Positions 29,276-38,556 of a DNA stretch of 64,000 bases are shown here, in pieces. Every line of letters begins with the position of its first letter. Positions within the stretch are counted from its first letter, which is position 1. The position numbers and the translations under genes are program-made. Source of the DNA: a virus. Under the pieces are notes generated by a model, which saw nothing but the letters and a program-made list of their open reading frames with translations, ran no database searches and was not told the origin of the DNA. Where the stretch lies: positions 51,247-115,246 of IMG/VR virus record IMGVR_UViG_3300048694_001252, one strand, 5' to 3'.

Positions 29276-32065
29276 TTAATGCATCGACGAGCGAGCTATC
29301 TTGGCCGTGATTTCCGCACTGGTTTCGTGTGTGCGTTTGATGTTTCTCAAGAGATCCAGCATTTCAATCTGATTGGGTTTGGGCTTGGCCAACTCGCTGG
29401 CCAGGTCTTTTATGGCCGTTTTGATATCAACCTTGACTGCATCGCGCAGATTTTGCTGCAATCGATCGGGGTTTGGCAGATCTCCCAGCTGCCGGATGAT
29501 CTCACCTACTTCACCTAGATCCACGGGAATATTACCGCCCTTGAGTGGTATCACAGCTTCAGCACCGGCCTCGCCCACGACACTGGGACCTAGAGCGATG
29601 CCTCCTCTGGCCAGTGCGGGTAGATCTTGCACAAACAGATCGTGTTCTTTTTGGCGTCTTTTTTGCAGAGTCGGATCTACCTTGCCACTGGCTTTGTTAT
29701 AGAGCAGCATGGCATCAGCAGTTTCTTGATTGATGCGTTTGCCTCGATTGGTCACGGTAGACAATACACCGTCACCAAGATTGTAGGCAAAGGATGTCAT
29801 GGCATCTATCTGGTTTTGACCCCACTCTCGATCTTTGCCGACCGCAACAACCTTGGCAACTAGATTACCTATCCAGGTTGTGAGTCGTTTGTATGCTTCT
29901 TCTTTGTCAATAGTTTTTTTGCCCGAGATTTCATCAGGATCTTCGGTCCTGGTACCATAACCAATGCTATATTGTGAATGATCTTTGTAGGCCTTGGCCC
30001 TGAATCCTTCAAATTGCATGATCATGTCAATACCTTGACTTGACACGTTTGAAATTGGTACCTTTATTGTTTTGGCCGTAGATGATTTTTTCTTGGGCTC
30101 TAGAGGTTCACCCATGGCCAGACCGGATGTTTGTTTGGGGTTAGCAGCCGCTGGAGCAGGTGTTGGTGCTGGCATAGTAGCCGCAGGTTTAGTAGCTGCC
30201 GGAGCAGGTGTTGGTTCTGGCATAGTGGCCGCCGGAGCCGGTGCTGCTGGAGCAGGTGTTGGTGCTGGCATAGTGGCCGCTGGAGCCGGTGCCGCCGGAG
30301 CAGGTGTTGGTGCTGGCATAGTGGCCGCAGGTTTAGTAGCTGCCGGAGCAGATGTTGCGGGAGCAGGTGTTGCCGCCGGAGCAGGTGTTGGTGCTGGCAT
30401 AGTGGCCGCAGTCTTGGGTGCAGCCTTTTGTTCTTGCTGTCGTTGAGCAGCATCCTCGGTGCGTTTTTCCTCGGCTCTCTTGTTCCTGAGATCAGCTTCT
30501 CTTTTTACGGCCTGATTCAATTCTTCTTTCTGTTGATCCTCACGCTGTTTCTTGGCTTCAGCATCTTGCTGTTTGGCCCGTTCTCGAGCAGCCTGCCCCT
30601 GATCCTGGGCCTGGGCCTTGGGTTCAAGCTCATCTTTTTGTCTCAATATCGTCTTGTTGAACCATTTGAGCGCTGTGGTAGCAGCCTCTAATCCCCAGGT
30701 CATGAGCCCAAACAGAGTACTCACAGGCCCGGCGCCGGCTCGTACAAATTCCTGCATGGCCAGGCTCAGTTCCAGTTGACTATTTCGTAGTTTGGCCTGT
30801 GCTTCGGTGGCAGGATCGGCCTGGCCACTCAGAGTTTTCTGTTGCTGTTTTACCAATTGCTGGTATTGCGCAGTAAGATCTTTGTTGGCCCGATTGCTGG
30901 CATTCACTACTTCATTGAGTGATCCAAAAGTTTCATTGAATGCCATGGATTGACCATACATGCCACCAAATCGATCCTTGGTCTTGGCCATGGCATCAAA
31001 GGCCTTTTGCATGGCATCGGTGGGGCTTTTCAATCCCTTGCTTGCAGCCATGAGATCATTGGCCGCATCAGCACCTATGGTCAATAGCAGTTTGCGAGCC
31101 GCGGGATCCTGGAGGTTGCCCGAAAACCAAGCTCTCAGGCCCTTGGCATACAAGGGTCCAGCAGAATTTTCCATGAGTGTGCTCATGGCCATCATGCTGC
31201 GAGCATCTTCTGAACGACCTTGGGCCTCGGCCTGATTTACAGCGGCCAAGAACTGTTCTTGAGTGAGCGCTTCGGCACGTTGCGTTTCTAATTCTTTGCG
31301 TGTGGCACCGGTCAATTGGGTCAGCACATTCATTTCTTGGATATACTCAGCTGCACTATGTGCCACCTGCTGATCTGTGCGGCGGGTCGTGGCACCCATG
31401 AGATTCTGCTGATTTATATAACCGGCCACACCCTCATTGAGGTCGTTCACGGTCATGCCCAGAGCCATATAACCTGTACGGTCTTTTTGCAGCTCTTTGC
31501 TGACCTGGGCAAATCGAGTTCGGCCTTCAGCTGCGGTACCACCAAACAGAGCCAGGCTACGACTATTGGCCGCTATCAGTTGAGCATAGCTCTGGAAATC
31601 TTTCATGACCAGACCCATGCTGGCCGCATCTTGGGCCGCACCGGTCATGCCATCTGCTGCTACTGCGCCCGATTTGCTGAGCGATTGGAACAGTTCAAAC
31701 TGTTTGTCCAGCATGGCGCCAACGGCACGAGTGTACTCCACAAAAGCCGTGCTGGTCTTGAGTATGATACCAGCCAATCGAGTGTGCGGGAACCTCAAGA
31801 GTATGCTGCCCACGCTGCTCATGGCCTTGCTGCCCTCGGCTAGAGCACCATCAAAGGCCTTGTATCCCTGTTCACCGCGATAGAGATCGCCCGTGAGCTG
31901 CTTGACACTGCGCAGCATGTGGGACAGGGCTTCGCGGCGCAGACGATTTATTTCTTTTTGGTTGGCTTCGGCCGCGGCCGCGGCCTGTTCGGCATCTCGC
32001 GCAGCCTGCTCTTTTTCTTGCTGAAGCTTCTGGATGGCATCCAGCAGTTCTTTATTGTCGGCCAT
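29276..32065 (-). CDS. Tape-measure-like protein with C-terminal GH24 (T4-lysozyme-like) domain
   Basis: Long Ala/Gln-rich helical region and a Pro/Ala linker, then QFEGFRAKAYKD...YSIGYG...QIDAMTSFAYNLG...LQKRRQKE, then ARGGIALGPSVVGEAGAEAVIPL. Confidence 0.75.
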   Translation of the reverse strand: MADNKELLDAIQKLQQEKEQAARDAEQAAAAAEANQKEINRLRREALSHMLRSVKQLTGDLYRGEQGYKAFDGALAEGSKAMSSVGSILLRFPHTRLAGIILKTSTAFVEYTRAVGAMLDKQFELFQSLSKSGAVAADGMTGAAQDAASMGLVMKDFQSYAQLIAANSRSLALFGGTAAEGRTRFAQVSKELQKDRTGYMALGMTVNDLNEGVAGYINQQNLMGATTRRTDQQVAHSAAEYIQEMNVLTQLTGATRKELETQRAEALTQEQFLAAVNQAEAQGRSEDARSMMAMSTLMENSAGPLYAKGLRAWFSGNLQDPAARKLLLTIGADAANDLMAASKGLKSPTDAMQKAFDAMAKTKDRFGGMYGQSMAFNETFGSLNEVVNASNRANKDLTAQYQQLVKQQQKTLSGQADPATEAQAKLRNSQLELSLAMQEFVRAGAGPVSTLFGLMTWGLEAATTALKWFNKTILRQKDELEPKAQAQDQGQAARERAKQQDAEAKKQREDQQKEELNQAVKREADLRNKRAEEKRTEDAAQRQQEQKAAPKTAATMPAPTPAPAATPAPATSAPAATKPAATMPAPTPAPAAPAPAATMPAPTPAPAAPAPAATMPEPTPAPAATKPAATMPAPTPAPAAANPKQTSGLAMGEPLEPKKKSSTAKTIKVPISNVSSQGIDMIMQFEGFRAKAYKDHSQYSIGYGTRTEDPDEISGKKTIDKEEAYKRLTTWIGNLVAKVVAVGKDREWGQNQIDAMTSFAYNLGDGVLSTVTNRGKRINQETADAMLLYNKASGKVDPTLQKRRQKEHDLFVQDLPALARGGIALGPSVVGEAGAEAVIPLKGGNIPVDLGEVGEIIRQLGDLPNPDRLQQNLRDAVKVDIKTAIKDLASELAKPKPNQIEMLDLLRNIKRTHETSAEITAKIARSSMH
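30148..30410 (-). repeat. Pro/Ala-rich tandem repeats (PAATMPAPTPAPAA)
   Basis: Several near-identical ggagcaggtgttggtgctggcatagtggccgc units. Confidence 0.85.
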
Positions 32066-32076
32066 GTTCTAACCCC

Positions 32077-32095
32077 ATAAATATCCTATATTTAT
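32077..32095. promoter_or_regulatory. Palindromic pair of face-to-face late promoters
   Basis: ATAAATAT-CCT-ATATTTAT, giving TAAATA on + at 32078-32083 and on - at 32089-32094, between divergent genes. Confidence 0.7.
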
Positions 32096-32104
32096 AGGTA
32101 TTTT

Positions 32105-32947
32105 ATGACCCAAACTCCCAACCCTTTACAAGCCTGGTTTCGTCGTGCTGCGATCTATATGCGTTTGCCCAGCCAGGGTCAACACTGGCCCGAAGGCTCA
32201 CTGGACATGCCCGCAAACGGAGAATTTCCCGTGTTGCCCATGACCGCCCTGGACGAAATTACCTACCGCACACCCGATGCTCTGTTCAATGGTCAGGCCG
32301 TGGTAGATGTGGTACAGAGCTGCCTGCCCAACATACGCGACGCCTGGCTCATGCCCAGTACCGATCTCATTAGCGTGTTGATCAGCATCAGGATCGCCAG
32401 CTACGGACAGGACATGGAAATTGTCAGTACCTGTCCCAAATGTAATGAAACCCAGGACTATACCCTGGATCTCAGACAGATCCTGGATGGGCTTAGCCAG
32501 GCCGATTTTGGTCAAAACCTGGTAATCAACGATCTGGAAGTGTTCTTTACACCCATGAACTATCGTCAACAGACACAGATTGGCATGGATCAATACGAAA
32601 CCCAGCGCCTGATAGCCAACAGTCAAGACGCAGCTCTAACCGATGATCAGAAAAATCAGGCCCTGAACGAGGCCATGAAACGCATCAGCCAAGCCACCAC
32701 TCGGGCCATGGCATTCGGCATAGCAGGCATACGAGCACCATCGGGCTTTGCCAGCGAGCCTGAACACATCATGGAATTCCTTACACAGTGCGATCGCCGT
32801 GTGTATGCAGCCATACGCGATCATCAGGTCACACTGCGCGAAGCCGGTGAGATCAAACCTGTAGATATCACTTGTAGCGGTTGTGAAAATCGATATCAAC
32901 AACAGATTGAACTGGACCTGGCAAATTTTTTCGCAGCCGCCTCTTGA
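32105..32947 (+). CDS. Baseplate hub/tail assembly protein, T4 gp26-like
   Basis: NPLQAWFRR..IYMRLPS.G, VLPMTALDE, IRIASYG, and CPKC and CSGC zinc motifs. Ends ...ANFFAAAS. Confidence 0.7.
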   Translation: MTQTPNPLQAWFRRAAIYMRLPSQGQHWPEGSLDMPANGEFPVLPMTALDEITYRTPDALFNGQAVVDVVQSCLPNIRDAWLMPSTDLISVLISIRIASYGQDMEIVSTCPKCNETQDYTLDLRQILDGLSQADFGQNLVINDLEVFFTPMNYRQQTQIGMDQYETQRLIANSQDAALTDDQKNQALNEAMKRISQATTRAMAFGIAGIRAPSGFASEPEHIMEFLTQCDRRVYAAIRDHQVTLREAGEIKPVDITCSGCENRYQQQIELDLANFFAAAS

Positions 32948-33162
32948 TGCTGTCAGTTGGCGATATCGAAAAACAAATCACCAGCATGGAGCAAGAGGCG
33001 GCGGCAATCAGATCCAATTGCATGAAGATGGCCTGGCACATGCGCGGTGGCGCCAGTTACGAACACATACTGTTGATGAGCAGTCACGAACGCGAAGCCA
33101 TTGGCAATCTCATCAAGGAAAATATCGAAACCACAAACAAGACTCGATTGCCTTGGTTCTGA
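32947..33162 (+). CDS. Small gp51-like protein; possibly also the -1 frameshift extension of the upstream gene
   Basis: TGATG overlap. Sequence WHMRGGASYEHILLMSSHEREAI..LIKENIE. Confidence 0.65.
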   Translation: MLSVGDIEKQITSMEQEAAAIRSNCMKMAWHMRGGASYEHILLMSSHEREAIGNLIKENIETTNKTRLPWF

Positions 33163-33174
33163 CTGGTAATAGAG

Positions 33175-33592
33175 AGATCTCTTGCGAGATCTGTTGATTC
33201 GCTTGCGCTCATCAACTGTTTCCGAGCGGAGCGATTTTTAGGATCATCTAGATGGAGTGGTCACACTTGGCCCGCACAGGGCCAAGATTGATCTGCACAT
33301 CATCTGAGTATCGCAGTCACCTAGCGTTAGAGCATTACAGAGGCGGTTGTCCGGTACCTCGAGCTCCGTCTTATTACAACGGCGGCCTGCATCAAATACG
33401 CTAACATTCCATGCAGACGTGCACGATCACTCGTGCGTCATTGGGCCTTGATATCCTGTTCTAACAATCAAACCCCGGCGTTTTGGGATCCTCGTCCTGT
33501 GAAGGATAGTGATTGAGAGCTCCTGCGGCGGAGTCTTTGGTCCCGGTGATCCGATAGATCCCGTTGTCATCAGTGCACGAATTTGGCCTGCA
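33175..33592 (-). ncRNA. Candidate large structured RNA (~420 nt) downstream of the GIY-YIG gene
   Basis: Longest gene-free stretch in the window. Many hairpins, three with GNRA loops on the minus strand (GCAA, GCAA, GTGA), one with G.A mismatches, and a possible pseudoknot. Confidence 0.6.
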
Positions 33593-34033
33593 CTAGCCCT
33601 GACCGCTTAGTTTGCCTCGGATATGACTGCCATGCACACGTACCTGGATGTGGCCGTTGTAGTAGCTGTCACTCTCTAACACACGCTGACTAAATTGTTC
33701 TCTTGCTTCGATGTAGCTGCATTCTGCCCGGCTTTTGCAATAATAAAGTATTTCGCGCTGGAAGTTTTGGTTGCCTAGTTTTGCGATGTCTTGGAGCAGT
33801 TGGGGGCTAGACCCCCAATAGTCTCGCCAATCACTCTCGACTTGTGTGCGTATTTTGCGTTTTCGTTTGTTGCCGTTTTTGAATTTGACTGTGCGTTGCC
33901 TGGTCTTGCGAAATTGAGCTAGTTTTTTGCCTATGTACTTGCGCTGCGTGATGAGATTGGTTATTTCATATACAAAACCCGCACAATCTAGGGGCAGTTG
34001 TTCTACTGGGTTGCCTTGATATAGCCATGTCAT
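33593..34033 (-). CDS. Compact GIY-YIG family nuclease (146 aa)
   Basis: GFVYEITN...KYIGKK, YWGSS, FQREIL, E...E and YYN motifs, with a very basic insertion KTRQRTVKFKNGNKRKRKIR. Confidence 0.8.
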   Translation of the reverse strand: MTWLYQGNPVEQLPLDCAGFVYEITNLITQRKYIGKKLAQFRKTRQRTVKFKNGNKRKRKIRTQVESDWRDYWGSSPQLLQDIAKLGNQNFQREILYYCKSRAECSYIEAREQFSQRVLESDSYYNGHIQVRVHGSHIRGKLSGQG

Positions 34034-34062
34034 AATGACATATAATTATGACATTTGTGAAA

Positions 34063-34545
34063 TTATATGTTTTTTTCATAGACCCACCCTTGATTGTTGG
34101 TTTCCACGCTGTAGATCCAGGAAAATGTAGGCCATGTCCATTCCAGCCACCACTCACCGTTGAAACCTAGATAATTGCTGTGTATGATAGGTTCTACAGA
34201 GATACCACGTTCCTGCGCGTATTGATAGTAACTCGCGGTATACTCGGGTCGATAACGTGTGTGTCGCATGAAACTGTCGTAAAAAAACTTTTCGATTCCT
34301 ATGCGTTTTATTATAACAGCCTTGTCTCGACCATCGCGATTGTCGCTCTCCCGTTTGTTCAAAAAGAACACACTGAGTCTGTTGTGATCTAGAGCAGGCA
34401 GGGTCCAGGTAAATTCACTTTCGTTATCACACAGACCTTGATGTAACACACGGTCGTTGAATAGTATCTGTACGGCAGGAGGATCCTGCCATAACACTGG
34501 TTGTAAAACCAAGTCCAAAATCACATCACGTTCCGCAATAGCCAT
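34063..34545 (-). CDS. Hypothetical protein (about 160 aa; likely start MAIAERD)
   Basis: Its start overlaps the end of the radical SAM gene. C-terminal YLGFNGEWWLEW..P.FSWI. Confidence 0.6.
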   Translation of the reverse strand: MAIAERDVILDLVLQPVLWQDPPAVQILFNDRVLHQGLCDNESEFTWTLPALDHNRLSVFFLNKRESDNRDGRDKAVIIKRIGIEKFFYDSFMRHTRYRPEYTASYYQYAQERGISVEPIIHSNYLGFNGEWWLEWTWPTFSWIYSVETNNQGWVYEKNI

Positions 34546-35845
34546 ATTGAGATAGTAGATTGTAATGAACCAGCGAATAATCGCGCAAGTTAATAGACTT
34601 GAGACGATCCCATTCATCTAGACGTTTGGCACACGTGGTCAGTAAATCATGAACATCTGCGGGTTCTGGTTGTTCAAGATATCTAATAATACTCTGACAC
34701 TCGTTGCGTATACTGATGTTGATCCTACCGGGATCTTTTTGATTATTGAGTTGGGCCGAGTCTGTGCCCGGTACCCGATCTAGAATTGTTTGGATGTGTT
34801 TGATGGTCTCGCTCTTGATATGCTGTGGTAGTAACCGACCCACTTGCCAGGGTGGATTGATCATCAAACTGTTATCTATGGGAATGCCATGACTCCAAGC
34901 CCACTCGATCAAGTTGCCATATGTAGGTAAACTCAGGAGTCCGGGCACAGTTCTAATAGCCAGACTGGTGTTTTGTGGACGTTGATCTATAAGCACTTGG
35001 ATATTTCGCAATATCTGCGATATATTGCCGCCTTGGCGTATATAATCACCGATGGTATCTACGCTTTCGATACTGATTCCAATTTCAGTCCGTTTGAACT
35101 GACCGAGACGCTTAAAATATCTAGTATAGTCCAAGCTACCATTGATGGTGAAACTGAAGTTCACATCATGAGCATAGTTCCGGTCAATGAAGTAATCAAG
35201 CAACCAATCAAACCTGGGCATCAAACCCACTTCACCACCAATCACGTGTATGACCTTGATTTGATGTGCCGAACTGTCAAGAAAATCCACAAAGTTTTTC
35301 CATCCTGTGGCATCATCGGACCAGTGCGTAAAATCACTGTCTGGCGGCAACCAATTCAGCTGACGATGTTCCTGTTGTAGTTTGCTGCTGAAGTAAGGAT
35401 TACACATCCTACAGGCAAAGTTACAGACATCACCAAGATTGATATGCAAACTATGTGGTGTAGTTTCGGTCAGCCCTTGATTGAGTTCGCTGAATCTAAA
35501 TCGGTGATAGTTGGGACTTTGAACATAACTTCTTTCAAATGAATCGTGGAATATGACAGATTTCATGTTTTCTTTGCGCCGTATACTCTCATACCCAACA
35601 GCATCTTTGGTCTGACACATACGACACATGGGATCTGGGGTATCACCCAGCTTGATCATGCGAGCCTGGCGCATACGTTCTCCATTCCAGTAATCCTGCA
35701 TGGTAATGCGCTTGATGTTCCAGATCTTGCCCAGGGCGGTGCCTCGAATTTTGTCATTCTGGCAACCACAGAGGTCAAAACTACCATCATGATTGATGTT
35801 GAGTTCGTACCAGGGAACACCACAAAATATTTTACTGTTGGGCAT
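34526..35845 (-). CDS. Radical SAM protein with N-terminal Cys-rich (twitch/SPASM-like) region
   Basis: CNFACRMC (CxxxCxxC) and IGGE motifs; N-terminal FCGVPW...LCGC...CRMC. Confidence 0.85.
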   Translation of the reverse strand: MPNSKIFCGVPWYELNINHDGSFDLCGCQNDKIRGTALGKIWNIKRITMQDYWNGERMRQARMIKLGDTPDPMCRMCQTKDAVGYESIRRKENMKSVIFHDSFERSYVQSPNYHRFRFSELNQGLTETTPHSLHINLGDVCNFACRMCNPYFSSKLQQEHRQLNWLPPDSDFTHWSDDATGWKNFVDFLDSSAHQIKVIHVIGGEVGLMPRFDWLLDYFIDRNYAHDVNFSFTINGSLDYTRYFKRLGQFKRTEIGISIESVDTIGDYIRQGGNISQILRNIQVLIDQRPQNTSLAIRTVPGLLSLPTYGNLIEWAWSHGIPIDNSLMINPPWQVGRLLPQHIKSETIKHIQTILDRVPGTDSAQLNNQKDPGRINISIRNECQSIIRYLEQPEPADVHDLLTTCAKRLDEWDRLKSINLRDYSLVHYNLLSQYGYCGT

Positions 35846-36809
35846 TTTTACACTTGAGTTGACAGATCTCTACGGGATTGTGTTCCAGTCCATCCTGAAA
35901 CTGCTGCCATAGCTGATGGTCGTTCATGATATCAAAAAACGAACGACGGCGTATGCTCAAAAGATCACGATGTTGTCTTACGAATTCATTGTATTGATAA
36001 TCACTGCTGAACCATGGGCAAGGTGAGACCACACCGTTGACTCCAATAAACAAATCTTTTTTGTAGTTCAAACAACGTGCCCAGGCATGCGGAAACCGTG
36101 GTTCTGACACAGCGATAGCTGCATACTCACAGGGATTGATCACATCTATGTTGGCGTCATAGATTAGATTTTGAGATACCAGATCCGGTCTTGGCTTGAG
36201 ACGGTCCAAACCATTTACACTATAGCTATGATCAAATTTGCTACTTTTCACAGTCTGGAACCAGTTACAACCTAGATCTCGAGCTAGATCGCGTATAGAA
36301 TCTATATGATCTTGATTGAAGGCAAAGTAAATGGTGCTCCATTTGATTAGGCAATCACTGCTGCGTCTCAGCGCACGAATACCTTCCTGGATGGTCGCAA
36401 AGTCACTGTTCACACGATACTGGTTGTTGCTGTGATCGTCCCAACCATCCACGCTGAATGTGACCATGTCGTTGCGATCTAACATGCGACCCAGTTGACT
36501 CCACCACTGGGCTTTTTTGTAACTGCCATTGGTGATAGTGCGGATACGAACATTGCTGTTTTGCTTGATGTAATTGATGATATCTAAAAAATCACTGGCA
36601 TAGATGGGGTCACCTATGTCACCGCAGAACAGTATGTGTTTGATTCGTGCTAGTGTCTCGGGGGGGAATCCTCTTTGAAAATCTCCAAGACTGATTTCCT
36701 GATTGATGCGATCGAGATCAAGCTCGGTCCTGGGGCAACGTGGACATCTAAGCACACATTTGCTACTGAGCTCAATGTGAATACTATCAGTGTTAAACAA
36801 CGTCAACAT
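35832..36809 (-). CDS. Radical SAM protein (likely start MLTLFN at 36809)
   Basis: IELSSKCVLRCPRC, CGDIGDP, TNGS and FSVDG motifs, plus C-terminal Cys residues (SPCPW, ICQLKC). Confidence 0.85.
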   Translation of the reverse strand: MLTLFNTDSIHIELSSKCVLRCPRCPRTELDLDRINQEISLGDFQRGFPPETLARIKHILFCGDIGDPIYASDFLDIINYIKQNSNVRIRTITNGSYKKAQWWSQLGRMLDRNDMVTFSVDGWDDHSNNQYRVNSDFATIQEGIRALRRSSDCLIKWSTIYFAFNQDHIDSIRDLARDLGCNWFQTVKSSKFDHSYSVNGLDRLKPRPDLVSQNLIYDANIDVINPCEYAAIAVSEPRFPHAWARCLNYKKDLFIGVNGVVSPCPWFSSDYQYNEFVRQHRDLLSIRRRSFFDIMNDHQLWQQFQDGLEHNPVEICQLKCKNAQQ

Positions 36810-38556
36810 CGGTATTATAGTTAGTAAACCCGCCCTCTTTGACCACACGCAGGATATTCTCCACACGTCCAGCCAGCTCATCCCGGTGACTGACCAGCCA
36901 GATGCTCTTGTGGCGCTCGCGGCTCATCTTTTTCAGTAGAGCCAGACTGTTTTCTACACCTTGTGTATCCATGCCGGAATCTACCAGTTCATCTATGAAT
37001 AGCACGTTGATGGTGCTGTAGAGGCTTTCCCATACATCCCGGAACGCCCAGCTCATGCTCAAGATCAAGCGATTGCGTTCACCACGCGACAGATTATCAA
37101 AGTCCAGGTCACGACCCAGTTCAGTGATAGTGACCGAAAGATCGTTTTGGAATATGACCTGATGCGGCAATCCTATGCGGTCCAGGTACCAGGTCAGTCT
37201 AGAGTTGAGATAGCTGAGATTCTGTTCTATGATCTTTTTACGGATAAAGCTGTCTTTGTTGGTAAGCAGCTTCAAGAGAAAGTCCTGATGCTCGTGCAGG
37301 CGAGTCAAAGTGTTGAGAGCGTCATAGGTCACGATCTGGAGAGCCTGATTCTGCATGTCCGAGATCTGATCAGCATAGGGATCAATTTCGATCTGGCGCA
37401 CAGCCAATTCACGGCGCAATTGTTCCAGGCTGTTGCGATGATTCAGGGCCTGCTCAAGATCATCGTAGAACATGGCGGGTGGCTTGCCCAATTCACCCAG
37501 CTCTCGCAACGTTGCCAGATGTTCCTGTTCCTGTGTATCTGCGGCCAACCATTGCAGGGCCGCTTCCTGCAGATGAGTCTGTTTTTCCTTGAGTATCTTG
37601 TCTTGCTTGTCGTCATGTATGTTCTGACCGCAGGCATAGCATTGGTGTTTGCTCAATTGATCGATTTCCCGTTCCAGCTGGCTCTGTTGCTTTTCCAGTT
37701 TGGTTTTGTCTGTGCGTATAGTGCGGAGATACTGGTTGCACTGATCGATCTGTTTCTTGACTTCGTTATAGCGATCCAGATCACGATGCGCCTGTATCTC
37801 CTGCTCAATGTCGATGTGTTCCAGTTCCTGTATCGAAGTCAGGAAAGCTGCACAGTCCTCGCGTTGCTTTTTACCCCAAAGAGTCTGGCGTTTGCGCAGA
37901 CTTTCAATCTGTTCTTCGATACGTCGATTGGCCTCCTGCACGGCCCGGATACGCATTTCTTCCTGAGTGATGCTGTCGCGGGTTTCACGATTGAGTTCTT
38001 TCACGCGATCAGCCCGCTCACTCAGTAGCGTGATGCCTAGCAGTTGTTCGATTATGGCGCGCTGGTCATTGGCCTTGAGAGCTAGGAAAGGTTCAGTATA
38101 GGTATTGAGTGCCAATACATGACGGAACATGTCATGGCTGAGACCCAGGATTCGTTCTATTGCGGTTTGGGTTTCGCGGCTATCGCCCTGACTGTTGTCC
38201 TGTGAGGCCTGCTCTTCCTGATTCACATAGAATTTGAGCACGTTGGGCTTGCGACCGCGCTCGATACGATAGTCCACACCGTTCACGGCAAATTCCAGGC
38301 TGACCAACATGTTTTTGGCATTGGTCTTGTTGATGAGATTGTCTCGGCGTATGTTAGTAAGAGCCTGACCATACAGTGCATAGCTCAGAGCATTGATGAT
38401 CGTGGTCTTGCCAGTACCGTTCCGGCTGCCATCACCGCCCAGGTCTAGATTTTCACCCAGGACCAAGGTAAGGTCCCGGCGATCAAAATTGATGGCTTGG
38501 GTAGCATTGCCCACGCTCATGAAGTTGCGTACTGTGAGATCTCGTATGTGTATCAT
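36793..38556 (-). CDS. gp46: Recombination ATPase, gp46/SbcC/Rad50-like
   Basis: Walker A NGTGKTT, zinc hook CYAC, signature LSRGE, Walker B LFIDE, and VSH. Confidence 0.93.
   Translation of the reverse strand: MIHIRDLTVRNFMSVGNATQAINFDRRDLTLVLGENLDLGGDGSRNGTGKTTIINALSYALYGQALTNIRRDNLINKTNAKNMLVSLEFAVNGVDYRIERGRKPNVLKFYVNQEEQASQDNSQGDSRETQTAIERILGLSHDMFRHVLALNTYTEPFLALKANDQRAIIEQLLGITLLSERADRVKELNRETRDSITQEEMRIRAVQEANRRIEEQIESLRKRQTLWGKKQREDCAAFLTSIQELEHIDIEQEIQAHRDLDRYNEVKKQIDQCNQYLRTIRTDKTKLEKQQSQLEREIDQLSKHQCYACGQNIHDDKQDKILKEKQTHLQEAALQWLAADTQEQEHLATLRELGELGKPPAMFYDDLEQALNHRNSLEQLRRELAVRQIEIDPYADQISDMQNQALQIVTYDALNTLTRLHEHQDFLLKLLTNKDSFIRKKIIEQNLSYLNSRLTWYLDRIGLPHQVIFQNDLSVTITELGRDLDFDNLSRGERNRLILSMSWAFRDVWESLYSTINVLFIDELVDSGMDTQGVENSLALLKKMSRERHKSIWLVSHRDELAGRVENILRVVKEGGFTNYNTDVDVV

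Noticed and set aside
33163-33592. Group I intron, tmRNA or RNase P RNA
   Set aside because: The region does not interrupt a gene (it lies between convergent stops), and I could not find the P7 core, tRNA-like ends or RNase P P4 consensus by eye.
33400-33592. Amber read-through extension of the GIY-YIG protein into the downstream region
   Set aside because: The frame continues about 43 codons to another TAG, but the peptide has no recognisable features and the region is better explained by RNA structure.
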